This document shows, in pieces, positions 43,616-50,891 of a DNA stretch of 64,000 nucleotides. Position 1 is the stretch's first letter. Each line of letters begins with the position of its first letter. A program made the position numbers and the translations under genes. The notes beneath the pieces were generated by a model. That model was given only the letters and a program-made list of their open reading frames with translations. It was not told the DNA's origin and did no database searches. Source of the stretch: an uncultured Oscillospiraceae bacterium (lineage in GTDB: Bacteria; Bacillota; Clostridia; Oscillospirales; Oscillospiraceae). The DNA is taken from contig CANQMO010000012.1 of assembly GCA_947624985.1 (NCBI GenBank), forward strand, positions 19,549 through 83,548, in the 5' to 3' direction.

Positions 43616-43981
43616 ATGAACATCGAGTGTATTCAGGATGCAAGATTAGAGGACACCGGCTTTCATTACACGATGTCTCTGATACAGGGGAAATACAAGA
43701 TGTTTATCCTCTATGCGCTGGCATGGTTCGGGGTCGTGCGTTTCAACGAGATGAAAAAGTTCATCGGCAGTATTTCCTATAAGACGCTCAGCTCTACCCT
43801 GAAGGAACTGGAAGCTGATGGATTGGTCCACCGGGAGGAATATCCGCAGATACCGCCGAAGGTGGAGTACAGTCTGACCGAACGGGGAAGATCGTTGATG
43901 CCGATCCTGGACCAGATGTGTACCTGGGGAGAAGAACATAGGCATACTTATGCCGCCTGTGACGGAGGTGCGCAGAGTTGA
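43616..43981 (+). CDS. HxlR-family winged-helix transcriptional regulator
   Basis: ...LIQGKYKMFILYALAWFGVVRFNEMKKFIGSISYKTLSSTLKELEADGLVHREEYPQIPPKVEYSLTERGRSLMPIL is the canonical HxlR domain. It is divergent from the flavodoxin gene. Confidence 0.85.
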   Translation: MNIECIQDARLEDTGFHYTMSLIQGKYKMFILYALAWFGVVRFNEMKKFIGSISYKTLSSTLKELEADGLVHREEYPQIPPKVEYSLTERGRSLMPILDQMCTWGEEHRHTYAACDGGAQS

Positions 43982-44118
43982 GAAAAAAGACCGTCCTGCG
44001 CCTGGTCCTGGCGGCGGCGGGCGTCACCGCTCTGGTCCTGGGGCTCGTGCAGGGGCAATACGGCGAGACGCTGTCAAAGGCGGTATATCTCTGTCTGGAG
44101 TGTGTGGGTCTTGGATAG
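43978..44118 (+). CDS. CXXC-motif membrane microprotein (46 aa), CD1871A-like
   Basis: GGAGGTG sits 7 nt before TTG 43978, which overlaps the hxlR stop. LRKKTVLRLVLAAAGVTALVLGLVQGQYGETLSKAVYLCLECVGLG* has one TM helix and a C-terminal CLEC. It is not in the ORF track (<60 aa). The pattern recalls the RefSeq CD1871A-family CXXC motif-containing protein (from memory). Confidence 0.6.
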   Translation: MRKKTVLRLVLAAAGVTALVLGLVQGQYGETLSKAVYLCLECVGLG

Positions 44119-44944
44119 GGGTTTGAAGCGAAAATGCATCCAGCTGGCCAGCGCGGTGCTCTATAACGCCAACTTCGCCGGGTTCCGGGACGGCGCCATC
44201 TGGCAGGGCGAGGGCAAGGGTGTGTGCGTGCCGGGCCTGAACTGCTATTCCTGCCCCGGCGCGGTGGGCAGCTGCCCTTTGGGAGCGCTGCAAAATGCCC
44301 TGAGTCGCCTGCCAGAAAAGCTGCCGCTCTATGTAGGCGGCTTTATCCTGCTGACAGGCCTGGCCCTGGGACGGCTGGTGTGCGGTTTTCTGTGTCCCTT
44401 CGGGCTTATCCAGGAGCTGGTGCACAAGCTCCCCGGTCCGAAGATACAAAAAAGCCGGTGGACCCGGCGGCTGAGCTGGCTGAAATATATCGTTCTGGCT
44501 CTGTTCGTTGTGGCCATTCCCATGTGCGCCGCCTGGGCCCGGGGCTATCCTCTGCCAGCCTTCTGCAAGTACATATGTCCCGCGGGGACGCTGGAAGGCG
44601 GCTGGCCCCTGGCGCTGCTCCGGGCGGACATCCGGGGGAGGCTGGGCGGCCTGTTTTGCTGGAAGAGCGCACTGTGTGTCGCGATACTGCTCTCGTGTGT
44701 GTTCTGCTACCGGTCCTTCTGCCGGTTTTTGTGTCCCCTGGGGGCCATCTATTCCCTGTTCGCACGGGTCGCCCTGCTGGCCATGCGGGTGGACAAGACT
44801 CTGTGCGACAACTGCGGCCTGTGCGTAAAGAAATGCCCGGTGGATGTGTGCCGGGTGGGGGACAGGGAGTGCGTACAGTGCGGCGCCTGCCGGGCGGTTT
44901 GCCCGAAAAACGCCATCTATTTCGGAAAGGAGCGACGGACATGA
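44102..44944 (+). CDS. Membrane-bound 4Fe-4S polyferredoxin (NapH/MauN-like)
   Basis: CVPGLNCYSCPGAVGSCPLGALQ, CGFLCPFG, FCRFLCPLG and two ferredoxin clusters (CDNCGLCVKKCP, CVQCGACRAVCP) with TM helices. The start overlaps the microprotein gene (GTG 44102 or TTG 44111). Confidence 0.8.
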   Translation: MWVLDRGLKRKCIQLASAVLYNANFAGFRDGAIWQGEGKGVCVPGLNCYSCPGAVGSCPLGALQNALSRLPEKLPLYVGGFILLTGLALGRLVCGFLCPFGLIQELVHKLPGPKIQKSRWTRRLSWLKYIVLALFVVAIPMCAAWARGYPLPAFCKYICPAGTLEGGWPLALLRADIRGRLGGLFCWKSALCVAILLSCVFCYRSFCRFLCPLGAIYSLFARVALLAMRVDKTLCDNCGLCVKKCPVDVCRVGDRECVQCGACRAVCPKNAIYFGKERRT

Positions 44945-45483
44945 AAAGACTTTTCGCCCTGCTGCTGGCAGTATGTATGTGCCTTGGCATCGCTGCCTGC
45001 GGCAGCGATGCCGAAAAATCGGAGGTCACCGACTACGACCCCACGGCCGTGACGCCGGAGCCCGAGCTGCGGTACACGGACTTCACCGGGGCCCTTCTGG
45101 GCGGCGGGGAGCTGACATTGTCCGACTACGAGGGGAAGGTCATATTGCTGAACTTCTGGGCCACCTGGTGCGGCCCCTGCGTGAACGAGATGCCCGCGTT
45201 CCCGCGCCTTCTGGAGAAGTATGGGGACGATCTGGCCATCATCGCGGTGGATCTGCAGGAGGACAGTGAGACAGTGGCGGATTTCATCGCGGAAAAGGGC
45301 TATGATTTCCCCGTGGTGCTGGACGCCGACGGCGCCATCGGCAGCCTCTATCCCACGGACGGCATCCCCTATACGGTCGTCATCGCCCCGGACGGGACCA
45401 TCTCGGACACGTCTCTGGGGGCGGGCACGGCGGAGGTCATGATAGAGGAGTACAGCGCCATGATCGACGCGGCGCTGGGATAA
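44941..45483 (+). CDS. TlpA-family thiol:disulfide oxidoreductase lipoprotein (thioredoxin fold)
   Basis: ATGA overlap with the previous stop. Lipobox LLLAVCMCLGIAACGS and redox motif NFWATWCGPCVNEMP are present. Confidence 0.85.
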   Translation: MKRLFALLLAVCMCLGIAACGSDAEKSEVTDYDPTAVTPEPELRYTDFTGALLGGGELTLSDYEGKVILLNFWATWCGPCVNEMPAFPRLLEKYGDDLAIIAVDLQEDSETVADFIAEKGYDFPVVLDADGAIGSLYPTDGIPYTVVIAPDGTISDTSLGAGTAEVMIEEYSAMIDAALG

Positions 45484-45543
45484 GGCTGTGTCTCTCCGGC
45501 TGGATGCATTTGCGGTCCAAAACGCTATAAAATCCACAAATAC

Positions 45544-45576
45544 TACACGGCTGGCTCGATATGGGCCAGCCGTGTA
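45544..45576. terminator. Hairpin between convergent operons
   Basis: ACACGGCTGGC-N9-GCCAGCCGTGT is a perfect 11-bp stem with no strong T-tract. Confidence 0.5.
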
Positions 45577-45598
45577 ACAGTATAAGTTGAGAATGGAT

Positions 45599-46528
45599 TT
45601 ACAGCGTTTCCGTTACGCGCTTTTTGCGCCTGCCGGTGTTGTCGGAGCCCCGTATCTCCTCATGGTAGAAATAGTCCACGATGACGGGGTGACCCTGTGG
45701 GACCCGCCCATATGGCATTTCATTGTCTACGAAGGGGCAGTCGTATCTCTCCGCCATTTCCTCTGCTTTCTTCTCCAGCATTTGAAAATAGCTGCGGTCA
45801 TGCCTGTTATATATTTCGTCGTACAGCGGCACAAGCTCCGGACGCTTTTCCGCGATATAGTCCATGATGGTCTTTTTGAACCCGCCCCGCAGATTCAGGT
45901 TCTCCAGCCAGAACAGGTCGCACTGATCCTTGACCTGCTCAAATATCGCCTCAAAGTCTGTGATCCCCGGAAAGACGGGGGACACGAAGCAGACGGTACG
46001 TATACCGGCGTCGTAGACCTGCTTCATGGCGGCGATACGACGCTCGATGCTGACGGCGCTGTCCATGTCGTCCTTGAAGCTCTCGTCCAGCGTGTTGACC
46101 GACCAGGACACCGTCACCTGTCCCAGATCCTTCAAAAGGTCGATGTCCCGGAGGACCAGATCGGATTTCGTGCAGATCAGGATGTCCGCGCCGCTGCCCC
46201 GAAGCTGTTCAAGGAGTCTACGGGTGGCCCCGAATATCTCCTCCTGGGGGTTGTAGCCGTCGGTCACCGAGCCGATCACCACCCGCTGCCCGGCGTACTT
46301 TTTCGGGTTTTTGATCTCCGGCCAGTGCTTCACATCCAGGAACGTCCCCCATTCCTCCGTGTGGCCGGTGAAGCGCTTCATAAACGAGGCGTAGCAGTAC
46401 CTGCACCCGTGGGTGCAGCCCACGTAGGGATTGACGGAGTATCCGCCCACCGGGAGGCTGGACTTCGTCATAATGTTTTTCGTATCCACATCGGCGATGA
46501 GAATACCGTTATCCGTCATTTGCGCCAT
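45599..46528 (-). CDS. Radical SAM enzyme, SplB/COG1533-like (candidate radical SAM mobile pair protein B)
   Basis: GGAGGAG sits 8 nt before ATG 46528. ...SVNPYVGCTHGCRYCYASFMKRF carries CX3CX2C. The protein is 309 aa, and its start overlaps the stop of the upstream rSAM gene by 13 nt. The long N-terminal extension in the track is Gly/Pro/Arg noise. Confidence 0.75.
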   Translation of the reverse strand: MAQMTDNGILIADVDTKNIMTKSSLPVGGYSVNPYVGCTHGCRYCYASFMKRFTGHTEEWGTFLDVKHWPEIKNPKKYAGQRVVIGSVTDGYNPQEEIFGATRRLLEQLRGSGADILICTKSDLVLRDIDLLKDLGQVTVSWSVNTLDESFKDDMDSAVSIERRIAAMKQVYDAGIRTVCFVSPVFPGITDFEAIFEQVKDQCDLFWLENLNLRGGFKKTIMDYIAEKRPELVPLYDEIYNRHDRSYFQMLEKKAEEMAERYDCPFVDNEMPYGRVPQGHPVIVDYFYHEEIRGSDNTGRRKKRVTETL

Positions 46529-47214
46529 TTTCTCTGCTCCTCCAAAACCTTGTTGTAAGCGTCGGGCAGTTCCTGCACGGGAGCATTCTCGCCCATGATG
46601 GGGGCCAGGTCCTCCTTCCAAAACACCGGGATATGAAGCGCGTGGGCCAGCTCCGTCAGGGAATACACCCATTCCGGCGCTGTTCGGACTTTCCGGCTCA
46701 TTGGGCCGGTCATGGTGCCGATGACCACCCAGTCTATGCCTCTGAGATCCACTTGGCCGGGATCGTCGAACAGCGGCTCGAAGGTCACATGATAATGCCT
46801 GGCCCGCACATTTTCCCGGAGCGCGTCGATCCGCCAGAGCTCCGACCTTCTTGTGACCGTCACGCCGAACCAGGCGTTTTCCAGGTCCGTGTCGATGTCC
46901 AGCAGGTCCGGCCGCTTGGAAAGAAACAGAAACTGGTGCTGGGGATTTTCCGCCATCTTGGCGAATACCTGTTCCCGCCACGCCGGGTCCCATCCAGCCA
47001 GGTCGCTCATGCCGGTCAGGAGAAAATTCTGCGGTTTTTCCTTCTCCATCAGCCGCAGCTTACCCGGAAAGAACTCCGGCCTGGAAAAATCGTCGATCAT
47101 ATGGTATCGCTTGACGTTGTTCCGGGCATAGCAGTAGGGACAGCCGACCGTGCAGCCGATCACCAGATTCATATTCTGTATCTGGTCCTTGATACAGACG
47201 TACATATTATCCAT
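46516..47214 (-). CDS. Radical SAM enzyme, DUF5131/phage gp37-like (candidate radical SAM mobile pair protein A)
   Basis: MDNMYVCIKDQIQNMNLVIGCTVGCPYCYARNN carries CX3CX2C. The protein is about 232 aa. ATG 47214 overlaps the last codons of the Rrf2 gene (alternative ATG 47205). Confidence 0.7.
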   Translation of the reverse strand: MDNMYVCIKDQIQNMNLVIGCTVGCPYCYARNNVKRYHMIDDFSRPEFFPGKLRLMEKEKPQNFLLTGMSDLAGWDPAWREQVFAKMAENPQHQFLFLSKRPDLLDIDTDLENAWFGVTVTRRSELWRIDALRENVRARHYHVTFEPLFDDPGQVDLRGIDWVVIGTMTGPMSRKVRTAPEWVYSLTELAHALHIPVFWKEDLAPIMGENAPVQELPDAYNKVLEEQRKWRK

Positions 47215-47800
47215 GGCAGGAATGGCCGCCGCAGGTGTGCCCGCCGCAGCCGTGGGCGCCTGTGCCGTGCTCGTGGTCATGGTGGTCGCAGTGTACGTTC
47301 GCATCATAGCCCAGCGTGCCGGCCAGCAGCGCGGCCACGGCCTCGTCCGCGGCGCCCTGGACGCCGCCGTAAAGCCGGATGCCTGCCTTTTGGCGGTAGG
47401 TGTCGATGATGTCCTGCAAAGTGATGGCGCTCATACGGTCCTCCGCAGCCCTCTGTATCTCGTCGTAATAGTCCCGCAGGGCCAGCTGGATGTTCACGCC
47501 CACGCCGCAGTCGGGATTGGTGTGGGTATCCTGGTGCAGGATGGGCTTGTTCCCCTCGATGGCCCGGTAAACGTCCAGCAGGGAGATGTCACCGGGCTCT
47601 CTGGCAAGGGCGGGGCGGGGGTGGCCCTTCACGCTGGCCAAAAGCCCGGCCTTTCGCAGAGCGCTCATCAGCTGCCGGATATAGGCGGGGTTGGTCTGCA
47701 CGCTCTCGGCGATCCGCTCGCTGGTGAGGGCCGCGCCCGGGTGGAGGGCGAGAAAGGCCAGCACATGCACCGCGTCGCTGAGCTTGGTGGAGTATTTCAA
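47207..47800 (-). CDS. Rrf2-family transcriptional regulator with His/Cys-rich C-terminal tail
   Basis: (L/M)KYSTKLSDAVHVLAFLALHPGAALTSERIAESVQTNPAYIRQLMSALRKAGLL is an Rrf2 winged helix. The tail HCDHHDHEHGTGAHGCGGHTCGGHSCHG has 9 His and 4 Cys in 28 residues. The start is TTG 47800 or GTG 47809, after GGAGAGAAAGGG. Confidence 0.8.
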   Translation of the reverse strand: MKYSTKLSDAVHVLAFLALHPGAALTSERIAESVQTNPAYIRQLMSALRKAGLLASVKGHPRPALAREPGDISLLDVYRAIEGNKPILHQDTHTNPDCGVGVNIQLALRDYYDEIQRAAEDRMSAITLQDIIDTYRQKAGIRLYGGVQGAADEAVAALLAGTLGYDANVHCDHHDHEHGTGAHGCGGHTCGGHSCHG

Positions 47801-47833
47801 AGCCGTCACCCTTTCTCTCCGGATGTTATTTTT

Positions 47834-47862
47834 ATTATAACAGCATATTGACAGAAACACAA
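47834..47862 (-). promoter_or_regulatory. Promoter of the Rrf2/rSAM operon
   Basis: Minus strand reads TTGTGT (47862-47857), a 17-nt spacer, then TATAAT (47839-47834). Confidence 0.6.
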
Positions 47863-47876
47863 GGCCGTGCTATGCT
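47848..47876 (+). promoter_or_regulatory. Promoter of the Sir2-Sir2-HD operon
   Basis: TTGACA (47848-47853), a 17-nt spacer, then TATGCT (47871-47876). Its -35 box and spacer overlap the -35 box and spacer of the divergent promoter. Confidence 0.6.
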
Positions 47877-47877
47877 T

Positions 47878-47904
47878 TTGCTGTAAAATAAAAAATAACA
47901 GCAA
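47878..47904. promoter_or_regulatory. Inverted repeat TTGCTGT-N13-ACAGCAA (candidate Rrf2 operator or 5'-leader hairpin)
   Basis: 7-bp arms flank an all-A/T 13-nt centre. It lies between the -10 box and ATG 47905 and ends 1 nt before the ATG. Confidence 0.4.
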
Positions 47905-48891
47905 ATGAAAGGCGCGATCGCTGTGAGCTACTATGATAATATGGTCATGCAGGCGCAGATGAAGTATTCCATGTATTACGACACCTACGCCGCCGGGCGC
48001 ACCCCCTACCGGCTTTCCACCCGGCCGCCGCTGCCCTACGAGGAGCAGATCGGGCGGCTGGTGGAGGAGATCGCCGCAGCGGACTGCGTGCTGGTGGGCG
48101 GGGGCTCCGGCCTGTCCGCCGCCGGGGGCGGGGATTTCTATTACGAGGACAACGAGTCCTATCGGAAGTATTTTGGGAAGTATGCCCAGAAGTATCACTT
48201 TAAGGGCGCCTTCGCCGGCATGATGCATCCCTGGGCCAGCCGGGAGGAGTTCTGGGGGTATCTTGCTACGTTCCTGCACACTACCCAGACCGCTCCCGTC
48301 CGCAGGCCCTATCTGGATCTGGATACGCTTCTGCGGGGCAAGGACTTCTTCGTCCTCACCACCAACCAGGACACCCAGTTCGTCAAGCTCTATCCGGAGG
48401 ACAAGGTGGCGGAGATCCAGGGCGACCACCGCTTCTTCCAGTGCGCGGCCTGCTGTACGGACGACACATGGGACGCGGTGGAGCCGGTGCGGCAGATGGT
48501 CGCCGCCATGGGAGAGAGCACCGCCGTGCCCCGGGGCATGGTGCCCCGCTGTCCCCACTGCGGCGGCGAGGCGTTCCCCTGGGTGCGGGGTTACGGCAAT
48601 TTCCTGCAGGGGAAGAAGTATGACGAGCAATATGAAAAGGTCTCCCGGTATATCCTGGCCCACAAGGAGGATCGCATCCTGTTCCTGGAGCTGGGCGTGG
48701 GCCGCCTCACGCCCATGTTCATCCAGGAGCCCTTCTGGAACCTGACGCTGGCGTTCCCCAGGGCCCGGTATATCGCCGTCAACGACAAGTATAACTATCT
48801 GCCGGCGCAGATCGAGGACAAGGGCATGGTGATCGTGGCCGACATCGCCGACGTGCTGCGTGACGCGGTGGCGGCAAAAGGGAAGGAGTGA
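47905..48891 (+). CDS. Sir2-family (sirtuin-like, NAD-dependent) protein, paralogue 1
   Basis: Rossmann motif CVLVGGGSGLSAAGG, TTNQDTQF, EIQGDHRFFQC (His present) and a Zn ribbon CAACC...CPHCGG. There is no SD before ATG 47905, so the exact start is uncertain. Confidence 0.7.
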   Translation: MKGAIAVSYYDNMVMQAQMKYSMYYDTYAAGRTPYRLSTRPPLPYEEQIGRLVEEIAAADCVLVGGGSGLSAAGGGDFYYEDNESYRKYFGKYAQKYHFKGAFAGMMHPWASREEFWGYLATFLHTTQTAPVRRPYLDLDTLLRGKDFFVLTTNQDTQFVKLYPEDKVAEIQGDHRFFQCAACCTDDTWDAVEPVRQMVAAMGESTAVPRGMVPRCPHCGGEAFPWVRGYGNFLQGKKYDEQYEKVSRYILAHKEDRILFLELGVGRLTPMFIQEPFWNLTLAFPRARYIAVNDKYNYLPAQIEDKGMVIVADIADVLRDAVAAKGKE

Positions 48892-48896
48892 GCGTT

Positions 48897-49727
48897 ATGG
48901 ACCTGGCGCCTGTTGCGGGGAAGATAAGGCAGGCGGACGCCATCCTGATCGGGGCCAGCAACGGCCTGTCCATCACGGAGGGGCTGCACCTGTTTGCGGA
49001 CAACGGGGCGTTTGAATACCTGTTCGGGGACTTCAGGCAAAAATACGGCCTGCGGTGCATCCTGCAGGGAGCCGGGGCCCGCTGGCCCTCCGAGGAGGAG
49101 AAATGGGCCTTCTGGAGCCGCCTCATCCACCACTACTGCGGGCAGTATGAACCCACCCAGGTCATGGAGGACCTGAAGGCCATCGTGGGCGGGAAGGATT
49201 ATTTCATCGTGACCTCCAACGGGGAGGGACATTTTGAGATGAGCGGCTTTGCCCCGGAGAAGATATATGAGATCGAGGGGAACTGGCTGACCATGCAGTG
49301 CGCTGCCGCCTGTCACGACACGCTCTATCCCACCCTGGAGCTGGCGGAAACGCTGGCGGCGTCAGAGCGGGACGGCAGGGTCCCCACAGAGCTGGTGCCC
49401 CGCTGTCCCCGCTGCGGCGGACCCATGCGCGTGCACATGGTGGGGGAGAACTACATCCCGGACGATGCCGCACGGGAGAGGTTTGAGGCGTTCCTTGAAG
49501 AATACCACGGAAAGAAGCTGGTGGTGCTGGAGCTGGGGATCGGCTGGCGCAATCAGCTTATCAAGGCGCCGCTCATGGAACTGGCGGCCCGGGAGCCGGA
49601 GGCGGTCTACGTGACCGTCAACCTGGGCGAGGTCTATATCGCCGAGGACATCCGGGAGAAGTCCTTTGGCCTGGACGGGCCGCTGAGCGATGTGCTGTCG
49701 GCCCTGCGAGAGGCATGCGGAGCATGA
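48897..49727 (+). CDS. Sir2-family protein, paralogue 2 (catalytic-His position is Trp)
   Basis: GGGAAGGAG RBS overlaps the previous stop. AILIGASNGLSITEG, VTSNGEGHF, EIEGNWLTMQC (W where paralogue 1 has H) and a Zn ribbon CAAAC...CPRCGG are present. Confidence 0.65.
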   Translation: MDLAPVAGKIRQADAILIGASNGLSITEGLHLFADNGAFEYLFGDFRQKYGLRCILQGAGARWPSEEEKWAFWSRLIHHYCGQYEPTQVMEDLKAIVGGKDYFIVTSNGEGHFEMSGFAPEKIYEIEGNWLTMQCAAACHDTLYPTLELAETLAASERDGRVPTELVPRCPRCGGPMRVHMVGENYIPDDAARERFEAFLEEYHGKKLVVLELGIGWRNQLIKAPLMELAAREPEAVYVTVNLGEVYIAEDIREKSFGLDGPLSDVLSALREACGA

Positions 49728-50263
49728 ACCTGCCGGAAACTGTCCGCAGGGACTATGAGAAGTGGTGCGCCTTCCTGGGGGAACAGGTGACATTTTCCCT
49801 GAAAAACACAGAAAAGCACACGAAGGACCACTGTGCCCGGGTGCTGCTGTACGCGCTGCTGATCGCGGAGAAGATGGACCTGCCCCGAAGCGAGCGGGAG
49901 GTGCTGTGCGCCGCGGCGGTGTTCCACGACTCCCGCCGGCAGGACGACTGGCTGGATGTGGGCCACGGCCGCCGGGCGGCGGACTATTACCGGGACTTTT
50001 GCCGGACGGGCGGGCTTGCCTGTGACGAGCGGGTATATCAGATCATGGCCTGGCACGACCGGCCCGGCGCCGAAGGCGAGGCGGCCATGGGCGAACTGGA
50101 AAACGGCGTGCTGCTCTACCGCATATTCAAGGACGCGGACGGTCTGGACCGGTATCGGCTGGGTCCCAACGCCCTGGATGTGGACCGGTTGAGAACGGCG
50201 GAGGCACGCAGCCTGACCGGCCTTGCCCGGCAGCTCGTGCGGGAGGGTCCAAAATCGAACTGA
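49724..50263 (+). CDS. HD-domain metal-dependent phosphohydrolase
   Basis: ATGA overlap with the previous stop. H..(HCARV)...VFHDSRR...GHG...WHD...FKDADGLDRYRLG carries H-HD-H-D type residues. Confidence 0.7.
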   Translation: MNLPETVRRDYEKWCAFLGEQVTFSLKNTEKHTKDHCARVLLYALLIAEKMDLPRSEREVLCAAAVFHDSRRQDDWLDVGHGRRAADYYRDFCRTGGLACDERVYQIMAWHDRPGAEGEAAMGELENGVLLYRIFKDADGLDRYRLGPNALDVDRLRTAEARSLTGLARQLVREGPKSN

Positions 50264-50338
50264 CGACCGCCTAAAAAAGCAATGCAACGCTCCTTGCCGG
50301 AGCGGTTCAGTGTTAGATCCTCCTTGCGGTGACCATAG

Positions 50339-50617
50339 AAGAAACTAAAGATGCGGTACACGCAGCACCGAGGTCTGGCCCGGGTGACGAACTGGGTGAG
50401 GCTGAAGTTTGCTGCGATGAATCTGAAAAAGCTGGCGGTATGGAGTAGGGGAAAGCCCTGCTTTTCCCATATCTTCTGGTTATTTCATGCCTTTATGCAA
50501 AAACGGGCCGTTTTTCGCTCCCTGAAAACGGCTCGTTCTTTGACAGTCTGGCCTCCGGCTTCGCCGGAGGTCTTGACTGGAGGCGAGGACATGGCGCACG
50601 AAATACCCTCGCCATAA
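50339..50617 (+). pseudogene. 3' remnant of an IS1182/IS5-type DDE transposase gene
   Basis: ...MRYTQHRGLARVTNWVRLKFAAMNLKKLAVWS... matches the conserved C-terminal block (GMRYT..RGL.KV......L...A.NLKK.A.W) of these transposases as remembered. The frame opens only at 50339 (stop at 50336-50338), so the whole catalytic body is missing. Confidence 0.5.
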
Positions 50618-50891
50618 GGTGTCCTCCCACGTCAGTTTTGGAGATTCAAAATCTATCCGTGCGGATTTTACACGGCTGCACCAATTTTTTGCGACTGCCG
50701 TGTAAAACGATGATATGAGCAGGCTCTTGCAGCGGGAAGGAGGCACCTTTGGAGATTGTCAAGAAATTTCGGGACATTGGGGTTGACCTTTTGTTGTAAA
50801 GTGACATTGACAATCAACGATGTAACAAATTAAAATATTATATAATTAGCGGACGAAAATGCCGCTGCATATTTCAATTGGAGGATAGACA

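Noticed and set aside
44224-45483. 419-aa ORF, and the N-terminal extensions of 45599-46993, 27684-29255, 34099-35490 and 19421-20815
   Set aside because: The extensions are Arg/Gly/Pro-rich or overlap the preceding real gene in another frame. Internal starts with good RBS or ATGA coupling give proteins of normal family length.
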